A stretch of 64,000 nt of DNA from Armatimonadota bacterium (GCA_046292385.1 JBKBRF010000032.1:16913-80912); one strand, 5' to 3'; shown: positions 54,251 through 63,077, counted from the stretch's first letter. Numbers and translations: made by a program. Notes: generated by a model not told the origin, from the letters alone.

Positions 54251-57200
54251 CTACTCCACCCAGACGCTGCCGCCGACGCGGCCCGCTACGGCCTGGATCT
54301 CCTGGATCAGGGTGGGGTTGATGTCGACCCGCATGGCGCTCAGCACCTGCTCCTCCCGGCCGCCGGTGGGGATGTGGAAGAGCAGCCGCGCGGAGCCGGG
54401 GTTGGCTGCGACCAGTCTCCGCAGCACCATCAGCTCCTGGCGGCGCGCCTCGCGCAGCCGGACGTGCACGCTCGGGATGTGGATCACCCGCTGCGTCTCG
54501 ATCGGGGTCACCTCTTCGCCCTGGACCTCCACTACGGCGGGAGTGTCGTCGTCTTCCACGATGCGGTCGCGGACACTCGCCCGGCCGCGGATTACGACGA
54601 TGCGGTCTTTCTCGAGCTGGTCCTTCACCTTCTCGTAGCTCTTGGGGAAGAAGACGACCGTCATCGGGCCGGTCATGTCCTCCAGCACCACGTTCGCCAT
54701 CGCGCGGTTGTCTTTGGTCATCCGCTGGACGAGCTGGCTGATGATGCCGCCGACCGTCACCTCTTCCCGGTCCTTCTTTTCCGGAAGCTCCGCCGCCATC
54801 ACGGAGACGGCGCTGCGGAGGGCGCGGGACGCTTCCTTGAGCGGATGGTCGGAGACGTAGACGCCGAGCAGGTCCCGCTCCATCGCCAGCGACTCCTGCT
54901 TGCTGATCTCCTGCGCGGAGGGGAGCGTGATCGAGAGCGCGTCGAGCCCCTCGGTCTCGTCGCCGCCGTCGAAGAGCGAGCCCTGGCCCAGGCTCTGCTG
55001 CCGCCGCTGGACCGCCGCCGCGGCGAGCGCCGGCTCCAGGGCGGCGAGGAGCTGGGCGCGGTGGCCCGGAAGGCAGTCGAGCGCGCCGGCCTTGATGAGG
55101 CACTCCAGGGCGGTCTTGCCCACGGTCTGCGAGTCGACACTGCCGCAGACACGGCGGATGAAGTCCTGGAAGTCGACGAACGGCCCGTCCTCTTCCCGCA
55201 CGCGGACGATCGCGTCGATACACCCGCGGCTGACGTTCTTGATCGCCTCCAGCCCCATCCGGATCGCGTTCGGCTGCCCGTTCTCGGAGCGGATGCTGAA
55301 CTCCGCGTCGCTCTCGTTCACGCTCGGCGGCAGCAGCTCGATCCCCATGCGGCGCACGTCGTTGATGTAGAGCGCCAGCTTGTCCTTCTTGTCGACGATC
55401 GACGAGAGGTTGGTCGCCATGAACTCGTGCGGGAAGTTCGCCTTCAGGAACGCGGTGTGGTAGCTCAGCATCGCGTACGCCGCGCTGTGGTTCAGGTTGA
55501 AGCCGTACGAGGCGAAGTTATACATCACCTCGTAGATCTGCTCCGCGATCGGGCGGTCGACCCCCTTGCCGGTGGCGCCGGTGATGAAGATCGGCTTCAG
55601 CTTCTCCATCACGTCGGCCTTCTTCTTGGACATCGCCTTCATCGCCGCTTCGGCCTGGCCGGCGGTGAAGTCTGCCAGGGCCATGGTGATCTTCATCACC
55701 TGCTCCTGGTAGAGGATGATCCCGTAGCTGTTGTTCAGGATCGGCTCGAGCAGCGGGTGGAGGTACTTGATCTCGCTCAGGCCGTGCTTCCGCTTCACGA
55801 ACTCATCCGCCATGCCGCTCTGCAGCGGGCCGGGGCGGTAGAGCGCCACCAGCGCGATCAGGTCCTCCAGCCGGTCCGGCTTCAGGTTCCGGAGCAGCTT
55901 CTGCATGCCGGTCGACTCGAACTGGAAGACGCCGATCGACTCCCCCCGCTGCAGGAGCTGGAACGCCGGGCCGTCGTCCAGCGCCACCTCCTTCAGGTTC
56001 ACCTCCACGCCGCGGTGCTTCTTGATCAGCTTCAGGCACTTGTCGACCACCGTGAGGTTGCGGAGGCCGAGGAAATCCATCTTGACGAGGCCGATCTTCT
56101 CCGCGTCGGCCATTTCGTACTGGATAGCGACGTTGTCGTCCGTCATCCGCTGGATCGGCGCGTACTCGATCACCGGCTCCCGCGTGATCACCACGCCGGC
56201 GGCGTGGACGCTGGCGTGGCGGTAGAGGCCCTCCACGCTCCGCGCGGTATCGACCAGCTTCTTGACCCGCTCCTCGTTCTCGTAGAGCCCCTTCAGCTCC
56301 GCGATCGACTCGAGCGAGCTGTCCAGCTTGGTGCCGGGGACCGTGGGGATCAGCTTGGCGACCCGGTCCACCTCCGGGAGCGGGTACTCCAGCGCGCGGC
56401 CGGCGTCGCGGACCGCCGCCTTGGCGGCCATCGTTCCGAAGGCGATGATCTGCGCCACGTGGTCCGCGCCGTACTTGTCGCGGCAGTACTGGATCACCTC
56501 TTCCCGGCGGTCGTCCGCGAAGTCGAGGTCGATATCGGGCATCGACTTCCGCTCCCGGTTGAGGAAGCGCTCGAACAGGAGGCCGTACCGGAGGGGGTCG
56601 ATCACCGTCAGGCCGAGGAGGTAGGAGATCAGGCTGCCGGCGGCGGAGCCTCTCGCCTGCGACATGATCCCACGGCTGCGGGCGAAGCGGACGAAGTCCT
56701 GCACGATCAGGAAGTAGGCGGAGTAGCCCTTGGTCTGGATCACGTCCAGCTCGTACTTCAGCCGGTCTTCCAGCTCCTGGGTGTGGACCGAATACTTCTC
56801 CGGGATGGCGTCCCGGCAGAGCTTCTCCAGGTAACTCTCGTGGGAGTAGCCGGCCGGCACCTCGCAGTGCGGGAGGTGGGTCTTGGTGAAGTCGAACTGG
56901 AAGTTGCATCGCTCCGCGATCTGCACCGTGTTCGCCAGCGCCTCCGGGCAGTGCGCGAACTTCTGCGCCATCTCTTCCGGCGAGCGGAGGTAGAAGCTGG
57001 GCGGACCGTAGCGCAGCCGCTTCGGGTTGTTCATCGTCACGCCGGTCTGGATGCAGAGCAGCACCTCGTGCGGATCGGCGTCCTGCTGGCGGAGGTAGTG
57101 GACGTCGTTGCTCGCCACCAGCGGCAGCCCCAGTTCCCGCGCGATGCGGATCAGCTCCGGGTTGGTGGCGGCCTGCTCCTCCAGGCCGTGGTCCTGCATC

Positions 57201-57718
57201 TCGATGTAGAAGTGATCCGGCCCGTAGATCTCCTTCAGCTCGCTGGCCCGGTAGCGCGCCTCCTTCATCTCGTTCTTCAGCAGCGCCTGGCACACTTCTC
57301 CGCCCAGGCAGGCGCTGGTGGCGATCAGCCCCTCCCGGTACTCGTGGAGCAGCTCCTTGTCCACGCGCGGCTTGTAGTAGAACCCCTCCAGGTAACCCCG
57401 GCTCACCAACTTGACCAGGTTCTTGTAACCGGTCTCGTTCTTCGCCAGGAGGAGCATGTGGTAGTAGTTCTCCCCCTTGGTCCCGCCCTTCTGGCGGCGG
57501 TCGCCCGGCGCCACGTAGACCTCGCAGCCGATGATCGGCTTCACCCCCGCCGAGGTGCAGTTCTCGTAGAACTGGACCACGTTGTACATCACCCCGTGGT
57601 CGGTCACGGCGATGGCGGGCATCCCGAAGTTGGCCGCCTGCTTGGCCATGTCCTTAGACCGGCACATCCCGTCGAGCAGGCTTCCTTCGGTGTGGCAGTG
57701 GAGGTGAACGAAAGACAT
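54251..57718 (-). CDS. dnaE: DNA polymerase III subunit alpha (replicative DnaE1 type)
   Basis: FVHLHCH..SLLDG PHP, TDHG, RGSAAGS, SMPDIDLDF, KMDFLGL, GVFQFES, YGFN..HSAAY, OB fold; no SRDF[H/R] tail. Confidence 0.98.
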   Translation of the reverse strand: MSFVHLHCHTEGSLLDGMCRSKDMAKQAANFGMPAIAVTDHGVMYNVVQFYENCTSAGVKPIIGCEVYVAPGDRRQKGGTKGENYYHMLLLAKNETGYKNLVKLVSRGYLEGFYYKPRVDKELLHEYREGLIATSACLGGEVCQALLKNEMKEARYRASELKEIYGPDHFYIEMQDHGLEEQAATNPELIRIARELGLPLVASNDVHYLRQQDADPHEVLLCIQTGVTMNNPKRLRYGPPSFYLRSPEEMAQKFAHCPEALANTVQIAERCNFQFDFTKTHLPHCEVPAGYSHESYLEKLCRDAIPEKYSVHTQELEDRLKYELDVIQTKGYSAYFLIVQDFVRFARSRGIMSQARGSAAGSLISYLLGLTVIDPLRYGLLFERFLNRERKSMPDIDLDFADDRREEVIQYCRDKYGADHVAQIIAFGTMAAKAAVRDAGRALEYPLPEVDRVAKLIPTVPGTKLDSSLESIAELKGLYENEERVKKLVDTARSVEGLYRHASVHAAGVVITREPVIEYAPIQRMTDDNVAIQYEMADAEKIGLVKMDFLGLRNLTVVDKCLKLIKKHRGVEVNLKEVALDDGPAFQLLQRGESIGVFQFESTGMQKLLRNLKPDRLEDLIALVALYRPGPLQSGMADEFVKRKHGLSEIKYLHPLLEPILNNSYGIILYQEQVMKITMALADFTAGQAEAAMKAMSKKKADVMEKLKPIFITGATGKGVDRPIAEQIYEVMYNFASYGFNLNHSAAYAMLSYHTAFLKANFPHEFMATNLSSIVDKKDKLALYINDVRRMGIELLPPSVNESDAEFSIRSENGQPNAIRMGLEAIKNVSRGCIDAIVRVREEDGPFVDFQDFIRRVCGSVDSQTVGKTALECLIKAGALDCLPGHRAQLLAALEPALAAAAVQRRQQSLGQGSLFDGGDETEGLDALSITLPSAQEISKQESLAMERDLLGVYVSDHPLKEASRALRSAVSVMAAELPEKKDREEVTVGGIISQLVQRMTKDNRAMANVVLEDMTGPMTVVFFPKSYEKVKDQLEKDRIVVIRGRASVRDRIVEDDDTPAVVEVQGEEVTPIETQRVIHIPSVHVRLREARRQELMVLRRLVAANPGSARLLFHIPTGGREEQVLSAMRVDINPTLIQEIQAVAGRVGGSVWVE

Positions 57719-57759
57719 CTGGAGGAGGGCTCCTGGCGTTCTACAGCGGCACAGAGAGG

Positions 57760-57900
57760 TGTCGGGAAAGGGCGCAGCGCTCGCCCGGCGCGTCGGACTT
57801 CTTCCGCAGCTCGTCGGATCCTGCCGGAAGATACCCTCCGCGGCGTCGGAAGGAAACGGGATCCGTCGGAAGACTCGCCTCGGGCGGCGGGAATTGTCGG
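57760..57900 (-). repeat. Helically phased CCGAC (GTCGG on +) array in predicted dnaE leader
   Basis: GTCGG starts at 57761, 57792, 57813, 57845, 57865, 57896 (spacings 31, 21, 32, 20, 31); GCCGG variant at 57823. Confidence 0.7.
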
Positions 57901-57939
57901 CGCTGCGGGGGCCTGGCGGGCAGGCAAGCGCACGCCGAC

Positions 57940-57980
57940 AGTTTACCATACCGGCCTGCGGCGGGCAAACGGATGTTCTC
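57940..57980 (-). promoter_or_regulatory. dnaE promoter (TTGCCC-N17-TAAACT, extended TG) overlapped by a LexA-like box
   Basis: -10 at 57940-57945, -35 at 57963-57968; GCAAACGGATGTTCTC at 57965-57980 (minus strand GAAC-ATCC-GTTT). Confidence 0.6.
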
Positions 57981-58133
57981 CGCCGCCTGGCGCTCCGCGT
58001 GCCTGCGCCCAGGGGCGGCTGACAGCCGGAATGACCGCCTCCTATCCTCAGATGTCGGCTCTCGACGCGGCCGGCACTAGGGCGATCCGGAATCGAGGCA
58101 CCGCACCCAGCCAGGCGGCTCCCGCCGCGTCGA

Positions 58134-58163
58134 TTGACGCGATGTCGGGATGTCGGATACGAT
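58134..58163 (+). promoter_or_regulatory. Sigma70 promoter TTGACG-N18-TACGAT with tandem GATGTCGG repeats in the spacer
   Basis: Near-consensus hexamers; GATGTCGG twice at 58141-58156. Confidence 0.65.
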
Positions 58164-58176
58164 TACCGCAGACGTT

Positions 58177-58272
58177 CCGACACCTGTCCGATGCCGCTTT
58201 CCGACGCCACTCCGGCGCGGGTGCGACATTCGGCCGACGACTTCCCGCCCATTTCCCGGCGTATTCCCGATG
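58177..58272 (+). repeat. 11-bp-period array of CCGACR-like motifs
   Basis: Motifs at 58201, 58212, 58223, 58234, 58245, 58256, 58267 (exact 11 bp), plus 58177 and 58188. Confidence 0.7.
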
Positions 58273-58974
58273 CCTACCCTGCCTGTCCGGGCCGCTGCCT
58301 ATACCAGAACCGGAATCCTCCGCCGGTTCCTCGAGCAGCTCAGCGACTCCCTCCCCGCTCGCGTGGACCACGCCTACGCGGAGACGCGGCTGGGGCTGAA
58401 GGGCGGCGACGTGCGCGCCTTTCTCCAGAGCGTCCGGGTGCTGGGGCTCGTCGACCCGTACGGCTACACTACGGACCGCGCCCGCCGCGTGCGCGCCGCG
58501 GGGCAGCGGGACGCGGAGATGCGCGAGGCGCTGCGGGAGGCCTACCCGGAGCTGGTGGAGCGGTGGGAGGCGTACGGCGGCATGGCGCGGGAGGAGGTGG
58601 AGGACTTCTTCAAGGTGGAGTACGGCCTCTCCGTCAGCAGTGCCGGCCCCGCCGCGAAGCTGTTCATCGACCTGATGCGGGAGTTCGGCTCCCGCGCGCC
58701 GGCGCGGTCCGCCGAGCCGGTGCGCCTCTCCCCGCCCGAGCCGCGGGCGCCGGGACGATCCGCCGCGGCGCCTCCCCCCTCCAGTCCGCCGGTGGCGCCG
58801 GCCGCCGCCTCCCCTTCCGCCGCACCTGCCGGCGACGTGCGCCTGGCCGCGCTCGACACTATCCGTGCCGCGTTGAAGATAGATATTAATGAGCAGTGGG
58901 ACGAGCAGCGCATCGAGCTGGTCTTCGACCGCATGGAGCGACTGGTCGAGAAGATCCTCGACGCCGAGCGTTAG
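58270..58974 (+). CDS. DUF5343-like protein (predicted winged-helix fold) with Pro/Ala linker and short C-terminal domain
   Basis: AAYT..G.LRRFL..L...P.RV...Y....LGLKGGD.R.FL..VR.LGLVD..G..T..A...R..EALREAY.EL pattern recalled for DUF5343; C-term LKIDIN. Confidence 0.65.
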   Translation: MPTLPVRAAAYTRTGILRRFLEQLSDSLPARVDHAYAETRLGLKGGDVRAFLQSVRVLGLVDPYGYTTDRARRVRAAGQRDAEMREALREAYPELVERWEAYGGMAREEVEDFFKVEYGLSVSSAGPAAKLFIDLMREFGSRAPARSAEPVRLSPPEPRAPGRSAAAPPPSSPPVAPAAASPSAAPAGDVRLAALDTIRAALKIDINEQWDEQRIELVFDRMERLVEKILDAER

Positions 58975-59003
58975 CGCGCCGGCCCACGGGTAGAAGGGAA
59001 CTC

Positions 59004-59456
59004 ATGGTGATCCGACGGGGTACTGCCGACGACCGGGACGAATGGCTCCGCATGCGGCGGGCACTCTGGCCGCACGCCTCGGATGAGGAGCACCTCGCCG
59101 AGATCGACGACTGGCTCGCGCGGAACGACTGCGCCATCTTCGTGGCGGAGCGGCCGGAAGGCGGACTGTGCGGCTTCGCCGAGGTGGCGGAGCGCTCCTA
59201 TGCGGACGGCTGCGACACCTGCCCGGTCGCCTACCTGGAAGGCTGGTACGTCGATCCCAGCTACCGCGGTGAAGGCGTCGGCGGCAAGCTCGTAGCCGCG
59301 GCGGAGGAGTGGGCCCGCGCCTTCGGCTATGAGGAGCTCGCCTCCGACGCCCTGCTGGAGAACACCATCTCCCAGGAAGCCCACCTCCGCCTCGGCTTCG
59401 AGGAAGTCGACCGCGTGGTACAGTACCGCAAGCGGCTCACCGGCGGAGCCTCCTGA
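59004..59456 (+). CDS. GNAT acetyltransferase, aminoglycoside 6'-N-acetyltransferase AAC(6')-I-like
   Basis: WLRMRRALWP, GFAEV..R.YADGC.T.PVAYLEGWYV, ELASDA..EN..S..AH..LGFEE..RVV.YRK. Confidence 0.85.
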   Translation: MVIRRGTADDRDEWLRMRRALWPHASDEEHLAEIDDWLARNDCAIFVAERPEGGLCGFAEVAERSYADGCDTCPVAYLEGWYVDPSYRGEGVGGKLVAAAEEWARAFGYEELASDALLENTISQEAHLRLGFEEVDRVVQYRKRLTGGAS

Positions 59457-59882
59457 AGGAGATGGGGGGGATAGCGGGCGGGGATAGTGGGGATGCGCTT
59501 TCGCCCACAGACCACCTCGCGCCGCGAAGCGGAGCTCGCCGGCCGAGTCAGGGCTGGAGCTCACTCCCCGATCCCCGTGTGGAGCAGGCAGCAGCGCTTC
59601 CCTACGCAGGAAGCGGCCCTCCCTTCGCGGTTAAGTCGCCTGCATCCGGCACGCTGTCCTCCGGCGGAAGCACGCCGGGGCTCGATCGCGCTTCGAGCCG
59701 GCGTCGAGAGATCTTGTCACCACTCCCTCACCCGTGCGCGGAGGATCCGCAAAGCACTCCATCAAACATATGATCGCTAGAGTGGCAGGCGATCGCCGTG
59801 TTGTCGCAGTGTGAAACGGCCGTTGCCCCGCCCATCCTGATCGCGGTCCCCGGCTTCAGACGTCCGGAAAAGGAGCGTTCCG

Positions 59883-60266
59883 ATGGCGCGCGTGGTACAT
59901 TTCGAGATTCACGTGGACGACCCCGAGCGGGCGATGAAGTTCTACGGGGACACCCTGGGCTGGCAGTTCTCCAGGTACGGGGGTGTGGGCGACTACTGGC
60001 TGATCCGCACGGGACCGCCGGAGCAGCCGGGGATCGACGGTGGGCTGATGCCGCGGCAGTGCCCGCTGGACGGCACGGCGATCACCGCTTTCGTCTGCAC
60101 GGTCGACGTGGAGAACCTCGACGCCTCCGTGGAGAAAGCGGTCGCGAACGGCGGCGAGATCGCACTCCCGAAGATGCCGATCCCCGGCATCGGGTGGCTC
60201 GCCTACGTCAAGGACACAGAGAGCAACATCTTCGGCATGATGCAGATGGACCGCACCGCGGCGTAG
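59883..60266 (+). CDS. VOC (glyoxalase/bleomycin resistance) family protein
   Basis: RVVHFEI..DDPERA.KFY...GW, GIDGGLM, GGEIALPKMPIPGIGWLAY.KDTE.N.FG. Confidence 0.92.
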   Translation: MARVVHFEIHVDDPERAMKFYGDTLGWQFSRYGGVGDYWLIRTGPPEQPGIDGGLMPRQCPLDGTAITAFVCTVDVENLDASVEKAVANGGEIALPKMPIPGIGWLAYVKDTESNIFGMMQMDRTAA

Positions 60267-60544
60267 CCGAGGCAGCGATCGGTCGCTGTCGCAGCCGGGG
60301 AGGAGAGAGCCGAAGCGGCCTCTCCTCCCCGGCTGCGTTTCCGGGTGCTGCCGGCAGGATCACGTCCGTCCGGCGTCGCCGCTTCCGAGCCCGCCGCGCC
60401 GGGTAGAGCATGGGCGAAGGGCACGGTGAAGGAGCAGCGTGCGGAGACGCACCCGAGCCGCGGGTGCGGCGACCGTGCCGGACGTAAGGCACCGAGCCGC
60501 GCTGGCGGTCGAGACGCGAGCGCGACCCAGCTCCGGACGCGTCG

Positions 60545-62182
60545 ATGACCGGAACCGATTTTCACGACCTGGCGCTCATCCTGATCGTGGCCGCAGGGGT
60601 AGGCGCGGTCGGTCAGCTGCTGCGGCAGCCTCTCATCATCTCCTTCATCGTGGTCGGCATCCTGGTGGGCCCTGCTGGGCTCGGCTGGACCTCCGCCGAA
60701 CATGAGATCGAGCTCCTTGCTACCTTGGGGATTGCGCTGCTGCTGTTCGTGGTCGGTCTCAAGCTAGACCTCCACCTGATCCGCAGCACCGGGCCGGTGG
60801 CGCTCGCCACCGGGTTGGGACAGGTGGCGTTCACCAGCGCCATCGGCTTCGTCATAGCCCGGGCGCTGGGGATGACTCCGCTCACCGCACTCTACGTAGC
60901 GGTGGCGCTCACCTTCTCCAGCACGATCATCATTGTCAAGCTGCTCTCGGACAAGCGCGAGATCGACTCCCTGCACGGCCGGATTGCCACGGGCTTTCTG
61001 ATCGTCCAGGACCTGGTGGTGGTGCTGGTAATGATCGTGCTGTCTGCGATCGGGCTGGGTACCGGCGTTGCGGATGCGGGACCCGTGATTCTGCTGATGG
61101 CGGTCCGGGGCGTGGCCTTCGTGGCGGCGGTCGGCGTGTTGATGCGCTACGTGCTCCCGGGTCTACTGAACTGGCTCGCACGGTCCCAGGAGCTGCTCGT
61201 GGTCTCCGCCATTGGTTGGGCAATCTCTCTCGCGGCGCTCGGCGATTACCTGGGCTTGAGCAAAGAGGTTGGAGCCTTTCTCGCCGGTGTCTCCCTCGCC
61301 ACCACCGGGTACCGGGAGATCATCGGCGCGCGGCTCCAGAGCTTGCGGGACTTCCTGCTCCTCTTCTTCTTCGTTCATCTGGGTGCGCAGATGGACTTGC
61401 GCCAGCTTGGCGAGCAGTGGCTGCCGGCGATGGTGCTCTCCGCTTTCGTGCTCGTCGGGAATCCCCTGATCGTGATGGTGATTATGGGGTACATGGGCTA
61501 CCGCAAGCGCACCAGCTTCCTCGCGGGGCTCACCGTCGCACAGATTAGCGAGTTCTCCCTGGTCCTCACGGCCCTGGGGATGAGCTTGGGACACCTGAGC
61601 GCGAGCACCGTCGGACTGGTAACGGTGGTCGGCCTGGTGACGATTGGGCTCTCAACCTATATGATCCTCTACTCCCATGTGCTGTACGAATGGCTGTCCC
61701 CGTGGCTGGGGGTTTTCGAGAGGCACCTGCCCCACCGTGAGCGCCGCGCTGCGGCCGGGGGCGACACCGCCGGGATCGACGCGATCCTCTTCGGCTTGGG
61801 GCGCTACGGCAGCCGCATCGGCGCGGGGCTGATTCGCAACGGAGTGCGGTTGCTCGGGGTCGACTTCGATCCTGAAGCGGTCCGCGCCTGGGATGAGCGC
61901 GAATTTCCGGCGCAGTACGGCGATGCGGAGGACCCGGAGTTCGCGGCGCACCTGCCGCTTTCGCAGGCCAGGATGGTGATCAGCACGGTGCCCCTCCTCA
62001 ACACCAATCTGACGCTGCTGCGCGGTCTCCGCGGGATCGGGTATGAAGGGCTGGTGGTGCTGACGGCACACACCCCGGAGGATGCAGAGGAGTTGAAGCA
62101 TGGTGGGGCCGACCTGGTCCTCTTGCCGTTCGTCGACGCCGCCGAGCAAGCCGTGGAGATGCTCTCCGGCTCGGAAGACTGA
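60545..62182 (+). CDS. CPA2 cation:proton antiporter (KefB/KefC-like) with TrkA_N domain
   Basis: GIALLLFVVGL, FSSTIIIVKLL, LIVQD, GAFLAG, AQISEFS; C-term GLGRYG..YGDAEDPE. Confidence 0.92.
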   Translation: MTGTDFHDLALILIVAAGVGAVGQLLRQPLIISFIVVGILVGPAGLGWTSAEHEIELLATLGIALLLFVVGLKLDLHLIRSTGPVALATGLGQVAFTSAIGFVIARALGMTPLTALYVAVALTFSSTIIIVKLLSDKREIDSLHGRIATGFLIVQDLVVVLVMIVLSAIGLGTGVADAGPVILLMAVRGVAFVAAVGVLMRYVLPGLLNWLARSQELLVVSAIGWAISLAALGDYLGLSKEVGAFLAGVSLATTGYREIIGARLQSLRDFLLLFFFVHLGAQMDLRQLGEQWLPAMVLSAFVLVGNPLIVMVIMGYMGYRKRTSFLAGLTVAQISEFSLVLTALGMSLGHLSASTVGLVTVVGLVTIGLSTYMILYSHVLYEWLSPWLGVFERHLPHRERRAAAGGDTAGIDAILFGLGRYGSRIGAGLIRNGVRLLGVDFDPEAVRAWDEREFPAQYGDAEDPEFAAHLPLSQARMVISTVPLLNTNLTLLRGLRGIGYEGLVVLTAHTPEDAEELKHGGADLVLLPFVDAAEQAVEMLSGSED

Positions 62183-62232
62183 AGGCGCGCCGAACCAGGC
62201 CGCGTGATTACCGCGAATCCGCGCCACTCGTG

Positions 62233-63027
62233 TCAGGTCAATGCAGGCGGCGCCGCACCCGCAGCCTCTTCGGGGTACCAGACCCGCTCCCCTTCCACGC
62301 GCGCGAACGACGTGAGCCGGTGCGGTTTCGGCTCTGCGGGCCCGAGGATGTGCCAGGGAGTCCAGCCGCGGGCGAAGAGCGCGTCGGCCACCAGGCTCCG
62401 GTGGCACCGCCAGTTGACGGTCTCCGCGCACATGATGACGGTGGGCCGCAGCCGCGCCAGCGCCGCCAGCTCGCCGAGGGCGGCTTCGAACGCGGAGGTC
62501 TGCATGTAGTCGGCATAACCGCGGAAGCTGTCGTTGCGCCACGCATCGTTCGGGGAGTCGGGGCGCGGTTTCCGCAGCCCGCCGAGCTCCGGTACGTGCA
62601 GGTAGCAGAACCCCTCCGCCCGCAGCGAGCCGGCGAGGTTCTCCGTGGCATACTGCGGGTTGCGACGGGAGCGCGGCACCGTGCGGATATCCGCCAGCAC
62701 TTCGATCCGGTTCTGCCGCAGCAGGCCGGTGAACTCCTCGAGCGGCCGCGTGCCGTGCCCGATCGTCCACAGCTCCCCCGGTCCGGGCGGCGCCGCACAG
62801 CGCAGGTGCTTCGCCCGCGGCTGCAGGGTGTCGGCGTAGAGCGACGCCGCCTCCCCCAGCGGGATCTCTCCCCCGAACGAGCAGTAGCCTTCGATGGAGA
62901 CCAGCTCTCCCGGCGCCAGGCGCCGGCCGCAGAGCGCGCAGTCGAGCGGCTCGACGGGAGCGGCTTTCGCATCCACCCGCACCGGGCAGCCCGGCCCCGC
63001 CTCCCCCGCCAGCTCCAGCCACTCCAT
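62233..63027 (-). CDS. DUF488-family protein with N-terminal Cys-containing extension
   Basis: WTIGHGTR, LADIRTVPRSRRNPQ, LGGLR, WRNDSFRGYADYM, MCAE..WRCHRSLVAD. Confidence 0.88.
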   Translation of the reverse strand: MEWLELAGEAGPGCPVRVDAKAAPVEPLDCALCGRRLAPGELVSIEGYCSFGGEIPLGEAASLYADTLQPRAKHLRCAAPPGPGELWTIGHGTRPLEEFTGLLRQNRIEVLADIRTVPRSRRNPQYATENLAGSLRAEGFCYLHVPELGGLRKPRPDSPNDAWRNDSFRGYADYMQTSAFEAALGELAALARLRPTVIMCAETVNWRCHRSLVADALFARGWTPWHILGPAEPKPHRLTSFARVEGERVWYPEEAAGAAPPALT

Positions 63028-63077
63028 CCGCGCCTCCCCGCCGTCTCCTGCCTACCTTACGCTACCCCACCGGCCGG

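Noticed and set aside
54251..57718. dnaE as error-prone DnaE2, or as intein-containing
   Set aside because: Intact PHP motif, no SRDF[H/R] tail, no imuA/imuB neighbours; length of 1155 aa is normal and no intein motifs were seen
57719..58272. Phased repeat region as oriC or a CRISPR array
   Set aside because: No TTATCCACA-type DnaA boxes or AT-rich unwinding element seen; motifs are 5-8 bp, with no 25-40 bp repeat/spacer structure and no cas genes
59457..59882. Intergenic gap as tmRNA, RNase P, SRP or 6S RNA
   Set aside because: None of the hallmark sequences was recognisable by eye; an Rfam scan would be needed to exclude divergent RNAs
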